From: Candidatus Bathyarchaeia archaeon
Lineage (GTDB): Bacteria > Chloroflexota > Limnocylindria > P2-11E
Assembly: GCA_035637615.1 (NCBI GenBank)
Contig: DASPWX010000075.1
Span: 1-49,696 of the forward strand
DNA: 49,696 nt
Reading direction: 5' to 3'
Position 1 is the stretch's first letter, and each line of letters opens with the position of its first letter. Below are positions 33,968-41,814 of this stretch, piece after piece. The translations under genes were made by a program, and so were the position numbers. The notes beneath the pieces were generated by a model. The model was given only the letters and a program-made list of their open reading frames with translations. It did not search any database and was not told the DNA's origin.

Positions 33968-35161
33968 TTATTGCGGCGGTTGGCCGAGGGTCACGTCGAC
34001 GGTCATCTCCTTGCCACTGCGGATAAGCGTGAGCCTCACCTTATCGCCTGGCCGGTTCTTGACGAGCAGGCTCGACAGCGGATGGTCAGCGTCGACCGCC
34101 TGATCGTTGACCTTCGTGATGATGTCGTTCGACTGAATGCCGGCCTGCTCGGCCGGTGATCCGGGAACGACCTGGCTGACGACGATGCCGATCGTGCCCG
34201 TCGGTAGGCCAAGCTGCGCGGCTTGTCGCGGGGTGAGTGGCGCGTACTGGATCCCGAGGTAGCCGCGGACGACCTTCCCGTTGCGGATGATCTCGTCCGC
34301 GACCTGCTTCACCGTGTTGCTCGAGACGGCGAAGTTGAGGCCCGTCGCCTGGGTCACGCCGAGCGTGTTCACGCCGATGACCTGATGCGTCGCGGCCCAG
34401 AGGAGTGGCCCGCCGGAATTGCCGGGATTGATCGGAGCGTCCGTTTGGATCAGGTCCTCGAGGATGACCTGCGATGTCTCCGCGACGCGCCGGCCCTTGG
34501 CGGACACGATGCCGTGGGTGACCGTGTTCTGGAACTCGCCGAGAGGGCTTCCGATGGCCACCGTCAGGGCGCCGACGGGAACGGTGTCGCTATTCGCGAG
34601 AGCCGCCGCTTTGAGTCCCTGCGCCGGCACCTGGAGAACGGCGATGTCGGTGAATGGATCGCGGCCGACGAGCTTGGCGGAGGTCTTCTTGTCGTTCGAG
34701 AAGACGACGTCGAATGACGCTCCCGTGCCGTTGGCACGAGGGTCCTCGACGACATGGTTGTTCGTGACCACGTATCCGTTCGCCGCATCCACGACGAAGC
34801 CCGACCCGCTCGACTGCGGCTGCCCGCTGGAGGCGTAGTTGATGATGGTCACCACGCTCGGCAGGAGCTCCTGCACGACTCCCACGATCTCGTCATCGAA
34901 GGAGCTGCTTGTCCCCGGAGGTGCCGTGGCGATCGGCAGGCCGACATTGATCGCTGGCTGGCCCGGCGACTCGTCGGCGCGGTGAGTGAGATAGGTCGCG
35001 GCCGCTCCGCCCGAGATCCCGCCGATGAGAACGCCAACGAGGAGGAGGGCCGCCGCCCGAGCGCCGCTCACGACCTTGCTACTACCGGCGAGGAGCCCTC
35101 GCTGTTTCCGCGTTCGCCCCCGCCGTGGCCTTGCGCCGCCGAGCGGTGGGTCGTACGGCAT
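33968..35161 (-). CDS. htrA: HtrA/DegP-family (S1C) serine protease with PDZ domain
   Basis: 397 aa. It has a TM anchor, the catalytic blocks VVTNNHVV, DIAVLQV and INPGNSGGPLL, and a C-terminal PDZ (GIQSNDIITKVNDQAV). ATG 35161 overlaps the upstream gene by 80 nt; GTG 35071 is an alternative. Confidence 0.9.
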   Translation of the reverse strand: MPYDPPLGGARPRRGRTRKQRGLLAGSSKVVSGARAAALLLVGVLIGGISGGAAATYLTHRADESPGQPAINVGLPIATAPPGTSSSFDDEIVGVVQELLPSVVTIINYASSGQPQSSGSGFVVDAANGYVVTNNHVVEDPRANGTGASFDVVFSNDKKTSAKLVGRDPFTDIAVLQVPAQGLKAAALANSDTVPVGALTVAIGSPLGEFQNTVTHGIVSAKGRRVAETSQVILEDLIQTDAPINPGNSGGPLLWAATHQVIGVNTLGVTQATGLNFAVSSNTVKQVADEIIRNGKVVRGYLGIQYAPLTPRQAAQLGLPTGTIGIVVSQVVPGSPAEQAGIQSNDIITKVNDQAVDADHPLSSLLVKNRPGDKVRLTLIRSGKEMTVDVTLGQPPQ

Positions 35162-37247
35162 CCGGCTCGACCATCTGGCCGACGGCGGTCGCGCGCACTT
35201 CGAGGTCCACGTGCGCGTCGGGCTCGATCGTCACGTTCCACGTGGAGGCGATCTCGAGCTGCTGATAGACACGCTCGAATCCCTGTTCCGAGTTGGTGAT
35301 CGAGTAGATGGGCCGCGTCGTCACCTCGCACGGCGGATCGATCGCAATTGCGATGTCAAAGTGCCGCGATTCCGAGTGAACGGCGATTTCTGACACATGC
35401 CGCGCGTCGATCGGCTTTCCGGCGGTCGTCTTCTTTGTGCCGACCGTGATCACGTCGGCGGCGTTCTGCTCGGAGAGCAGACCCACGTTCGACGTGCTCG
35501 TGAACTGGACGGTTATGGCTTCCTCGCCATCGTTGCGGAGGCGATAGCGCACGCCGGCGGCGAGGCCTTCGTCGGCGATGCGGATGTCCTTGCGGATCCC
35601 GAGGCCCGGAACACTCGCGAGCGAGCGAGCCGGCGGCTCGAGGATGAGGCTCACAGTGCGCGCCTCGCGCTGCGGGGTCAGCTGGTAGTAGTACGCGTGG
35701 AGTACCACCGGCTCCGCCTTGCCGACGCGGAAGCTGTCCTGAAAGAACGCGCGGCGCGCAACGTCGTACTCGAGAAGCTTTGAGAGTCCGCGCTCGCGGG
35801 CGCGCACCGCCTCGTGGATCGACTTCGTTTCCTTTTCGGCGGCTTTCCCGACGAGAACCTTTCCGGACTTTTCCGCGCGGCGCAGCGCTTCGTGCTCCGC
35901 CTCCGGACGCCGAGCAAGCGTGTCGACGAGGTTCGTCGCCGACGCGTAAATGTCCCACTCGATGACGGCGCCGCCCTGCACATGCACGAAGACCGCGCCG
36001 GCGTTGCCGCGGAAGATGTATTCGTCGTAGCCGTCGACGTCGTAGTCGCGCTGCTCGCCCGCGGCGGTGCGGCGCTCCGAGAGGATCCGCTCCGCTTTCA
36101 GAAGCGACGCATAGGCGTCGGCGCGCAGATGCGGGAAGTAGATGCCGCCGAAGACGCCGTGCCAGTACACGTCGTTGCCCTGCGCGCGCCACAGGTTCTG
36201 CTGCGCCTGGCGGACCTCGGCCGAAGCGTCGAGGATGCTGCGGCGCGCGAGCTCCTCGCTCACGATGAGCATCCGCTTCTGCAGGCCGTTCGACTCCGGG
36301 TACTTCGCGAAGAAATTCCGCCAGAGCGGCGCAGCAACGAGCGACGACAGCTCGTCGCCGAGCTTGTTCCGCGCCTGCGCGTACCGCCTCGAAGCATTGG
36401 GCTCGAGCGCCCACTCCGCCATCTCGGGATACGACCCCGCCGGGATGTAGACCCGCCGCGCCGGCTTCTGGAAGATCCACGCGTCCTCGAGGGTCGTGGT
36501 CTGGATGAAGTCGGCCTGGGCGATCGCGGAGAAGAACTGCTCGAGCCAGCCATCTTTGTGGACGCGCTGGTAGGTCCCCGGCCACGCGCCGAACTTCTCG
36601 CCGTCGTCGGCGTAGACGACCAGACGCGCGCCCTCGTCGGCGCGCGCGCGAAGCTCCTTCATCGTCTCTCTCACGTCGCGGAACGGGATGAGGTAGCGAA
36701 GCTTCACGCTTCCGGGAAAAACGATCAGCGGAAGGCCCTGGTCCTCGGTCACAAAGGATTCGCCGAGCTCCTGCGGCCGAAGGCCCGCCTGAAGGAAGTG
36801 CTCGTCGTCGAGCACCGTGTACGCGACTCCCGCCTCAGCGAGAAGCGACGGTAGATGCGGCTCCCAGACCCGTTCGGTCAGCCACGCGCCCAGAGGCCGC
36901 TGTCCGAAGATCGCATGAACCCGATCGGAAAGCGCCCGGATCTGTCCCACGCCGTCGCGCCGGGGCACACCGACCAGGACGGGCTCGTAGTAGCCCCCGG
37001 AAAGAAGCTCGATCTGGCCCCGTCGGACGAGATCGGCGAGGTCGCCGATGACGTCCGGTCGGTTGGCCTCGAGCCAGTCAAGGAGCGGGCCGGAGAAGTG
37101 GAGACTGGCCTTTACTTCGGGATGCCGGTAGAGGGTGGCAACAAGCGGGGCATACGCCCGCTCGGTCACGTCCTGGAACACTGACGGGAAATTCCCGGCC
37201 GGCTGGTGCTGGTGAAAAACCAACGCCAATCGCAGACGATCGGCCAC
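35082..37247 (-). CDS. GH57-family alpha-amylase/4-alpha-glucanotransferase-like protein
   Basis: 721 aa. The N-terminus is the GH57 type (LALVFHQHQPAGNF...LHFSGPLLDWL...IELLSGGYYEPVL...GAWLTERVWEP), with the C-terminal extension typical of this subgroup. Confidence 0.85.
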   Translation of the reverse strand: MADRLRLALVFHQHQPAGNFPSVFQDVTERAYAPLVATLYRHPEVKASLHFSGPLLDWLEANRPDVIGDLADLVRRGQIELLSGGYYEPVLVGVPRRDGVGQIRALSDRVHAIFGQRPLGAWLTERVWEPHLPSLLAEAGVAYTVLDDEHFLQAGLRPQELGESFVTEDQGLPLIVFPGSVKLRYLIPFRDVRETMKELRARADEGARLVVYADDGEKFGAWPGTYQRVHKDGWLEQFFSAIAQADFIQTTTLEDAWIFQKPARRVYIPAGSYPEMAEWALEPNASRRYAQARNKLGDELSSLVAAPLWRNFFAKYPESNGLQKRMLIVSEELARRSILDASAEVRQAQQNLWRAQGNDVYWHGVFGGIYFPHLRADAYASLLKAERILSERRTAAGEQRDYDVDGYDEYIFRGNAGAVFVHVQGGAVIEWDIYASATNLVDTLARRPEAEHEALRRAEKSGKVLVGKAAEKETKSIHEAVRARERGLSKLLEYDVARRAFFQDSFRVGKAEPVVLHAYYYQLTPQREARTVSLILEPPARSLASVPGLGIRKDIRIADEGLAAGVRYRLRNDGEEAITVQFTSTSNVGLLSEQNAADVITVGTKKTTAGKPIDARHVSEIAVHSESRHFDIAIAIDPPCEVTTRPIYSITNSEQGFERVYQQLEIASTWNVTIEPDAHVDLEVRATAVGQMVEPDAVRPTARRRKATAGANAETARAPRR

Positions 37248-37358
37248 TCAAAACGCATTTTACCAAAAATGGTTGTGGCGTACGCTCTGCGTACAGAATG
37301 CTCGGCTGCTTGTCGACGAACTCGACAGCAGGACGTTAGTCACGCAGGCTTGGGCCAG

Positions 37359-38045
37359 ATGTTTGGACGCTTGATCCTCTACGGGGCGCTCGCCCTGGCT
37401 ATCGGCATCGTGGTTGTGAGCGCGTGCGGCCCTCAACCCGGGACAAGCACCTCTCCGACGCCGACGCCTGTTCCGTCCGCTTCGCGGTCAGTTTCTCCGA
37501 CGACGGCTTCTTCGGCCTCGGCGACGCCAACAGGGCGGCCGAGCGCCACAACGACGGCATCTCCGACGGTGACGCCGAGCATCGAGTCCTCGCCGGCGGC
37601 GGCGTGCCCGCGGACGACCGGAGGCAATGCGAGCAACCAGGCGCAGCTCGTGGCGGTGCGCGTCGCGCACCAGCCCGGCTTCGACCGGCTTGTGTTCGAG
37701 TTCGGACAGAGCACCGCCCCTGGCCCCTTCGGGATGCCCGCCTACTCCATTGAGCCCGCCAGCTCGCTCTCCGGACCGAGCGGTCAACCGGTGACGGTCA
37801 GTGGCAACGCCCTTTTCGGGGCACGGTTCCAGAACGCCTCGACTCAGAACCCGAACGGCACGCCGAGCTACACCGGCAGCAACGACCTCAAGCCGACCAC
37901 GCCGCTCATCAAGGAGGTCAAGCTCGTCGAGGACTTCGAGCGGGTGCTGCTCTGGGGCGCCGGCCTCGATCACCTCGCTTGTCCGAAGGTCAGCGAGCTC
38001 GCGGGCCCCTTCCGGGTCGTCCTCGATTTCCCCACACCGCCGTGA
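37359..38045 (+). CDS. lipoprotein with Ser/Thr/Pro-rich linker and C-terminal beta domain (family not recognised)
   Basis: From ATG 37359: MFGRLILYGALALAIGIVVVSAC, a lipobox-like VSAC, then a low-complexity STP linker and a ~130-aa domain (LVAVRVAHQPGFDRLVFEF...FRVVLDF). Confidence 0.65.
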   Translation: MFGRLILYGALALAIGIVVVSACGPQPGTSTSPTPTPVPSASRSVSPTTASSASATPTGRPSATTTASPTVTPSIESSPAAACPRTTGGNASNQAQLVAVRVAHQPGFDRLVFEFGQSTAPGPFGMPAYSIEPASSLSGPSGQPVTVSGNALFGARFQNASTQNPNGTPSYTGSNDLKPTTPLIKEVKLVEDFERVLLWGAGLDHLACPKVSELAGPFRVVLDFPTPP

Positions 38046-38090
38046 CCCATAATTAGGTCTCCGCAAGAACTTTCAGGGGAGCGCTCGATC

Positions 38091-38876
38091 ATGGCCGAAG
38101 CCCAAAAGTTGAATGTCCGCCCGCGCGAGGTCCTCGGCAAGAAGGTGAACACCCTTCGCCGCAAGGGTCTGCTCCCGGGCGTCGTGTACGGCGGGCACGC
38201 CGATTCGCTGCCGGTCGAGACGGACCAGCACGCGTTCGAGCTTTCGTACCGCCGCTGGGGCAACACGACCCTGCTTTCGCTGACCGGCCTCGACGGTGGC
38301 GAGGTGCCTGCCCTGATCTACGACGTCAGCCGCGATCCGGTCACCGGGCGCATGCTGCATGTGGACTTCGCCCGCGTATCCCTCACGGAGAAGACGCACG
38401 CCGACGTGCCCCTCCACTTCATCAACGAATCGCCCGCCGTGCGCACGCTCGGCGCGGTCCTGCTCCACGCGCGCTCAGAGGTCTCGGTCGAGGCCTTCCC
38501 GCAGGACATTCCTCACTCCATCGAGGTCGACCTTTCCGGACTTCTCGAGATCGACGACGCGATCTACGTCCGCGACCTCAAGGTCGACGCGACGTTGATC
38601 CAGATCGAGAACGACCCTGACGAGCTCGTCGTCAAGGCGGTCCCGGTGAAGGTCGAAGAGGAGAAGCCCGCCGAGGCTGCCGTGCCCGCCGAGGGCGAGG
38701 TCGCCGCGGAAGGCGAAGAGGGCGAGGCCGCCGCACCGGCGGCGGGTGCCGAAGGTGCCAAGCCTGCCGCCGCCGGCGCGAAGCCGGCCGCCGCCGGCGC
38801 GAAGCCTGCGCCCGCTGAGGCTGCGAAGGGCGGCGCTCCCAAGGCGCCTGCTGGCGGAGCTCCTAAGAAGGGCTAG
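38091..38876 (+). CDS. rplY: 50S ribosomal protein L25/general stress protein Ctc, with Ala/Pro/Lys-rich C-terminal tail
   Basis: The N-terminus is L25/Ctc (LNVRPREVLGKKVNTLRRKGLLPGVVYGG...VDFARV). The last ~70 aa are low-complexity (AAGAKPAAAGAKPAAAGAKPAPA...). Confidence 0.9.
   Translation: MAEAQKLNVRPREVLGKKVNTLRRKGLLPGVVYGGHADSLPVETDQHAFELSYRRWGNTTLLSLTGLDGGEVPALIYDVSRDPVTGRMLHVDFARVSLTEKTHADVPLHFINESPAVRTLGAVLLHARSEVSVEAFPQDIPHSIEVDLSGLLEIDDAIYVRDLKVDATLIQIENDPDELVVKAVPVKVEEEKPAEAAVPAEGEVAAEGEEGEAAAPAAGAEGAKPAAAGAKPAAAGAKPAPAEAAKGGAPKAPAGGAPKKG
38760..38816 (+). repeat. in-frame 21-bp tandem repeat (about 2.7 units) inside the rplY tail
   Basis: aagcctgccgccgccggcgcg / aagccggccgccgccggcgcg / aagcctgcgcccgct..., encoding KPAAAGA repeats. 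Confidence 0.85.
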
Positions 38877-38946
38877 TCGCCGCGCGATCGAGCGAGTCGG
38901 CGCCAGCGCGAGCGCCGCCGGGTGACCGTCGGTCTCGCGGGTCCCT

Positions 38947-38970
38947 CCGGCGACCACGTAGGGTCGCCGG
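38947..38970. terminator. hairpin between convergent rplY and GH57 branching-enzyme genes
   Basis: CCGGCGACC-acgtag-GGTCGCCGG is a 9-bp perfect inverted repeat in the 138-bp convergent intergenic region. There is no strong U-tract. Confidence 0.5.
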
Positions 38971-39014
38971 CCCCCACTCGCCGACGCTCACCCGACGTCG
39001 CTCGCACGACCTAT

Positions 39015-40652
39015 CTAGCTCTCAAAGTCCGCCCTCTCAAAGTCCGCCAGTGACGCATCTGGGAACGGATTGTCGGCGTGTTCCAGGCTTCGCAGCTCCG
39101 TTTCGTCCTCTGTCGCGTCACCTTCGCGCGCAAGCGCCAGTGCTCTGTGAAAGCGATGCACGTGCGAGCGAAAACGCTCGACGGCGTAGTCGGCGGCCTG
39201 CCCCGTCGTGACCAGGAAGGGCCAGTCGCTCGATTGGGCGAGCAGAAGCTCGCGCACCGCCTGGCGCGCGGCTCGCTCGCGGAATGGATCGCCCCGCGGC
39301 GGGTTCGCCCGAAGACCATCCATGTCACGCGCGAGGCGCCCGAGCTCGTCCCACATCCACGCGGTGCCCTCGTTCAGCCACGTCGAGTGATCGTTGTTCT
39401 TGCCCCAGGATCCTTCGGAGAGCGCGACTCGACCATTCGGTGGCTCGCGCTCCAGGTACTCGGCGGCCGTGGCGACGCGGACGTCTGACTCGGTAAGATC
39501 GCGGAGCACGAGGCCAAGCCAGTCCACGCCCTCGAACCACCAGTGACCGAAGAGCTCGCTGTCGAAGGTCACGGCGAGCAGCGGGTCACGGCCGTCGCTG
39601 CTCTGGCCCGATAGCTCGTCGCGGACGACCTGCACGAAGTGGCGCGCGTGGTCGCGCGCGCGTTCGGCCGCCCGGTCCGGCGAGTACCCCTCTTTTTCCC
39701 CGAGACCCTTATGGACCGACGTCACGCGCCAGTAGCGAAGGCCGCTCGTCGTGTCCTTGCGATGAAACTCACGGTATTGCGCGTCGCCGGGATATCCGGT
39801 GAACGCCGACCACACCTGACTCGACACGCGGTCGTGCCGCGCGATCGCGACCACGTCTGAATCGGCGACGTAGTAGGGACGCAGGAGATCGACATCGCTC
39901 GGTGAACTACCTGTCGCGGCTTCTTCAACACGCTCCTCGTGCGCCGGCCATCGGCCGAGCTCGCTCTGCCCGCGGCGGCGCGCAACGTCGCCGGCCGGGC
40001 GCGCGTGGCCTGGCAGAAGCGCGGCGTCTGTGAAGAAGTGCGTGATCCCGTGTTCGGCGAGAGCCTTCTCGAGTCCCGGCGCGTACGCGCATTCCGGCAA
40101 CCAGATGCCCGTCGGATCGAGACCGGTTAGACGGCGCGACGTTCGACGGCCGATGCGAAGCTGCGCCTCGACCGAAGGCCGATCGAGCAGCGGCAGATAC
40201 CCGTGGGTCGCCGCCGAGGTGAGGATCTCGACGTGTCCCGTCTTCGCGAGATCGGCGAACGCGCCGACGAGATCGCGGCCGAAGCGCGATCGGTACGCCT
40301 CGCGCAGCCGGCGGTACGAACCGAGGTAGAAGCTCGCGAGCTCCGCGCGGCCTTGGTCCGGCGCCTCGGTGAAGCGGCGAACGTCGTTCTCGGCCCGCGT
40401 CACCTGGTCGTCGATGTACTCGAGCGTGCGAACGTTGATGTCACGATCGGCAAGCTGCTCGATCAGGACAGGCGTGAGACCGATGACGATGCGGTAGGCC
40501 ACCCCTGCGTCTCGAAGGTCATGGAGAAGCACGAGGAGGGGCAGGTAGGTGCCGAGCACGGCCTCGTGGATCCATTCCTCGCCGTGCGGCCAACGGCCCG
40601 CGCCGCGGCAGTACGGAAGATGCGAATGCAGCGCGAGAACGAAGGTACCCAC
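39015..40652 (-). CDS. GH57-family 1,4-alpha-glucan branching enzyme (archaeal TK1436-like type)
   Basis: 545 aa, collinear with my recollection of the Thermococcus GH57 branching enzyme: FVLALHSHLPY...GEEW, ILTSAATHGYLPLL, GIWLPECAY, YPGD..YREFHRK, FDSELFGHWWFEGV, EGSWG.N.DHSTW, SDWPFLVTTGQA. Confidence 0.9.
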   Translation of the reverse strand: MGTFVLALHSHLPYCRGAGRWPHGEEWIHEAVLGTYLPLLVLLHDLRDAGVAYRIVIGLTPVLIEQLADRDINVRTLEYIDDQVTRAENDVRRFTEAPDQGRAELASFYLGSYRRLREAYRSRFGRDLVGAFADLAKTGHVEILTSAATHGYLPLLDRPSVEAQLRIGRRTSRRLTGLDPTGIWLPECAYAPGLEKALAEHGITHFFTDAALLPGHARPAGDVARRRGQSELGRWPAHEERVEEAATGSSPSDVDLLRPYYVADSDVVAIARHDRVSSQVWSAFTGYPGDAQYREFHRKDTTSGLRYWRVTSVHKGLGEKEGYSPDRAAERARDHARHFVQVVRDELSGQSSDGRDPLLAVTFDSELFGHWWFEGVDWLGLVLRDLTESDVRVATAAEYLEREPPNGRVALSEGSWGKNNDHSTWLNEGTAWMWDELGRLARDMDGLRANPPRGDPFRERAARQAVRELLLAQSSDWPFLVTTGQAADYAVERFRSHVHRFHRALALAREGDATEDETELRSLEHADNPFPDASLADFERADFES

Positions 40653-40827
40653 ACTCGCATTCTGTGGCAGCGCCGTCGCGAGGGCTCCAGGACCGCTCGT
40701 GCGCGTGTTGTGTTCGGATCGTTTCCTGATCGCGCGGCAGGCTGCCTAACGGGAGGGATTCGTGGCCCCTCCGCTGCAGCCACCGCTGGACGGTCTCGGC
40801 TCAGATTCCGAGAGAAAGAGGCTGCAT

Positions 40828-41595
40828 ATGCCCGCGCCCGTCACCGATCTCCCAACCGCCCTGCTCACCGGCCTCGCGGCCGGTCTTGCGACTCTCATCT
40901 CAGCGATACCCTCGATCCTCGGCGCCCTGGTGATCCTGATCCTCGGCTGGATCATCACCGGAGCGCTCGCCGGTGCAGTGTCCCGGGCGCTGCGTGCCCT
41001 ACGAGTCAACACCGTGGCCGATCGCGCCGGTGTCACCGGTGTCCTTCAGCGCGCGCAGATCCGTTCCGACGTTGCCAGCGTGATCGCCGGCGTCGTGAAG
41101 TGGTATCTCCGCCTGATCGTCGTCCTCATGGCTGCGGACGCCGTCAAGCTCACGGCCGTGAGCACCATCGTCAACGAGGTCCTCGCGTTCATTCCGAACC
41201 TGCTCGTCGCGGTCCTCATCCTCGCGGCGTTCTCGTGGCTGGCATCGCTCGCGCGGAACCTCGTGACCGCCGCGCTCCAGCCGACGATGCCGAACGCCAA
41301 GACCATCGGAGTGCTCGCCTACGGGGCGACCTTCGGGTTCGGTGTCATCGCCGCGGCGACGCAGATCGGCGTCGCCACGACCCTGATCGACATCCTGTTC
41401 GTAGGGATCGTCGGCGCGCTCGCGCTTGCCTTTGGGCTCGCCTTCGGCCTTGGTGGCCGTGAGGAAGCCGCACGCATGTGGGGCAACATGCGCGGCGCTG
41501 TTGGAAACGTGGTGACGGAAGGAGCGCCGGCCACCAGCGACAAGTCTGGCAATGGCCGGCCGGTCGAGCGTACGGAGCACCTGAGCAGAACCTGA
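40828..41595 (+). CDS. membrane protein with conserved TM-helix repeats (MscS-N-terminal-like, no channel domain)
   Basis: From ATG 40828 (AAGAGG SD 6 nt upstream) it is 255 aa. It has repeated helix units of the type IPSILGALVILILGWIITGALAGAV and IPNLLVAVLILAAFSWLASLARNLV. Confidence 0.6.
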   Translation: MPAPVTDLPTALLTGLAAGLATLISAIPSILGALVILILGWIITGALAGAVSRALRALRVNTVADRAGVTGVLQRAQIRSDVASVIAGVVKWYLRLIVVLMAADAVKLTAVSTIVNEVLAFIPNLLVAVLILAAFSWLASLARNLVTAALQPTMPNAKTIGVLAYGATFGFGVIAAATQIGVATTLIDILFVGIVGALALAFGLAFGLGGREEAARMWGNMRGAVGNVVTEGAPATSDKSGNGRPVERTEHLSRT

Positions 41596-41623
41596 CAGGC
41601 ACACCCGAATAACCGCGCAGCAA

Positions 41624-41661
41624 GCGCCGCCGGTCCAGATATGAGCCGCGACCGGCGGCGC
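41624..41661 (+). terminator. intrinsic-terminator-like hairpin after the TM-helix gene
   Basis: GCGCCGCCGGTC (41624-41635) pairs with GACCGGCGGCGC (41650-41661), a 12-bp perfect stem with a 14-nt loop, followed by CTTTG. Confidence 0.6.
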
Positions 41662-41683
41662 CTTTGCGCGACCGATCCTCGAA

Positions 41684-41712
41684 TTGACCACGTGTTTGGC
41701 CGCGACTACGCT
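41684..41712 (+). promoter_or_regulatory. candidate sigma-70-like promoter of the sugar ABC/treT operon
   Basis: TTGACC (41684-41689), an exactly 17-nt spacer, then TACGCT (41707-41712). It lies about 100 nt upstream of the binding-protein ATG and downstream of the preceding terminator. Confidence 0.4.
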
Positions 41713-41814
41713 CGGCAAGCCGTGCTGGCCGCGCTCGCGGCGAAGCACCTGCTGCCACAAGTCAGTGGGATTCGCGGCGGTTTCGGGCGGCTACGTCCGC
41801 AGAGGGGGTTAGCA

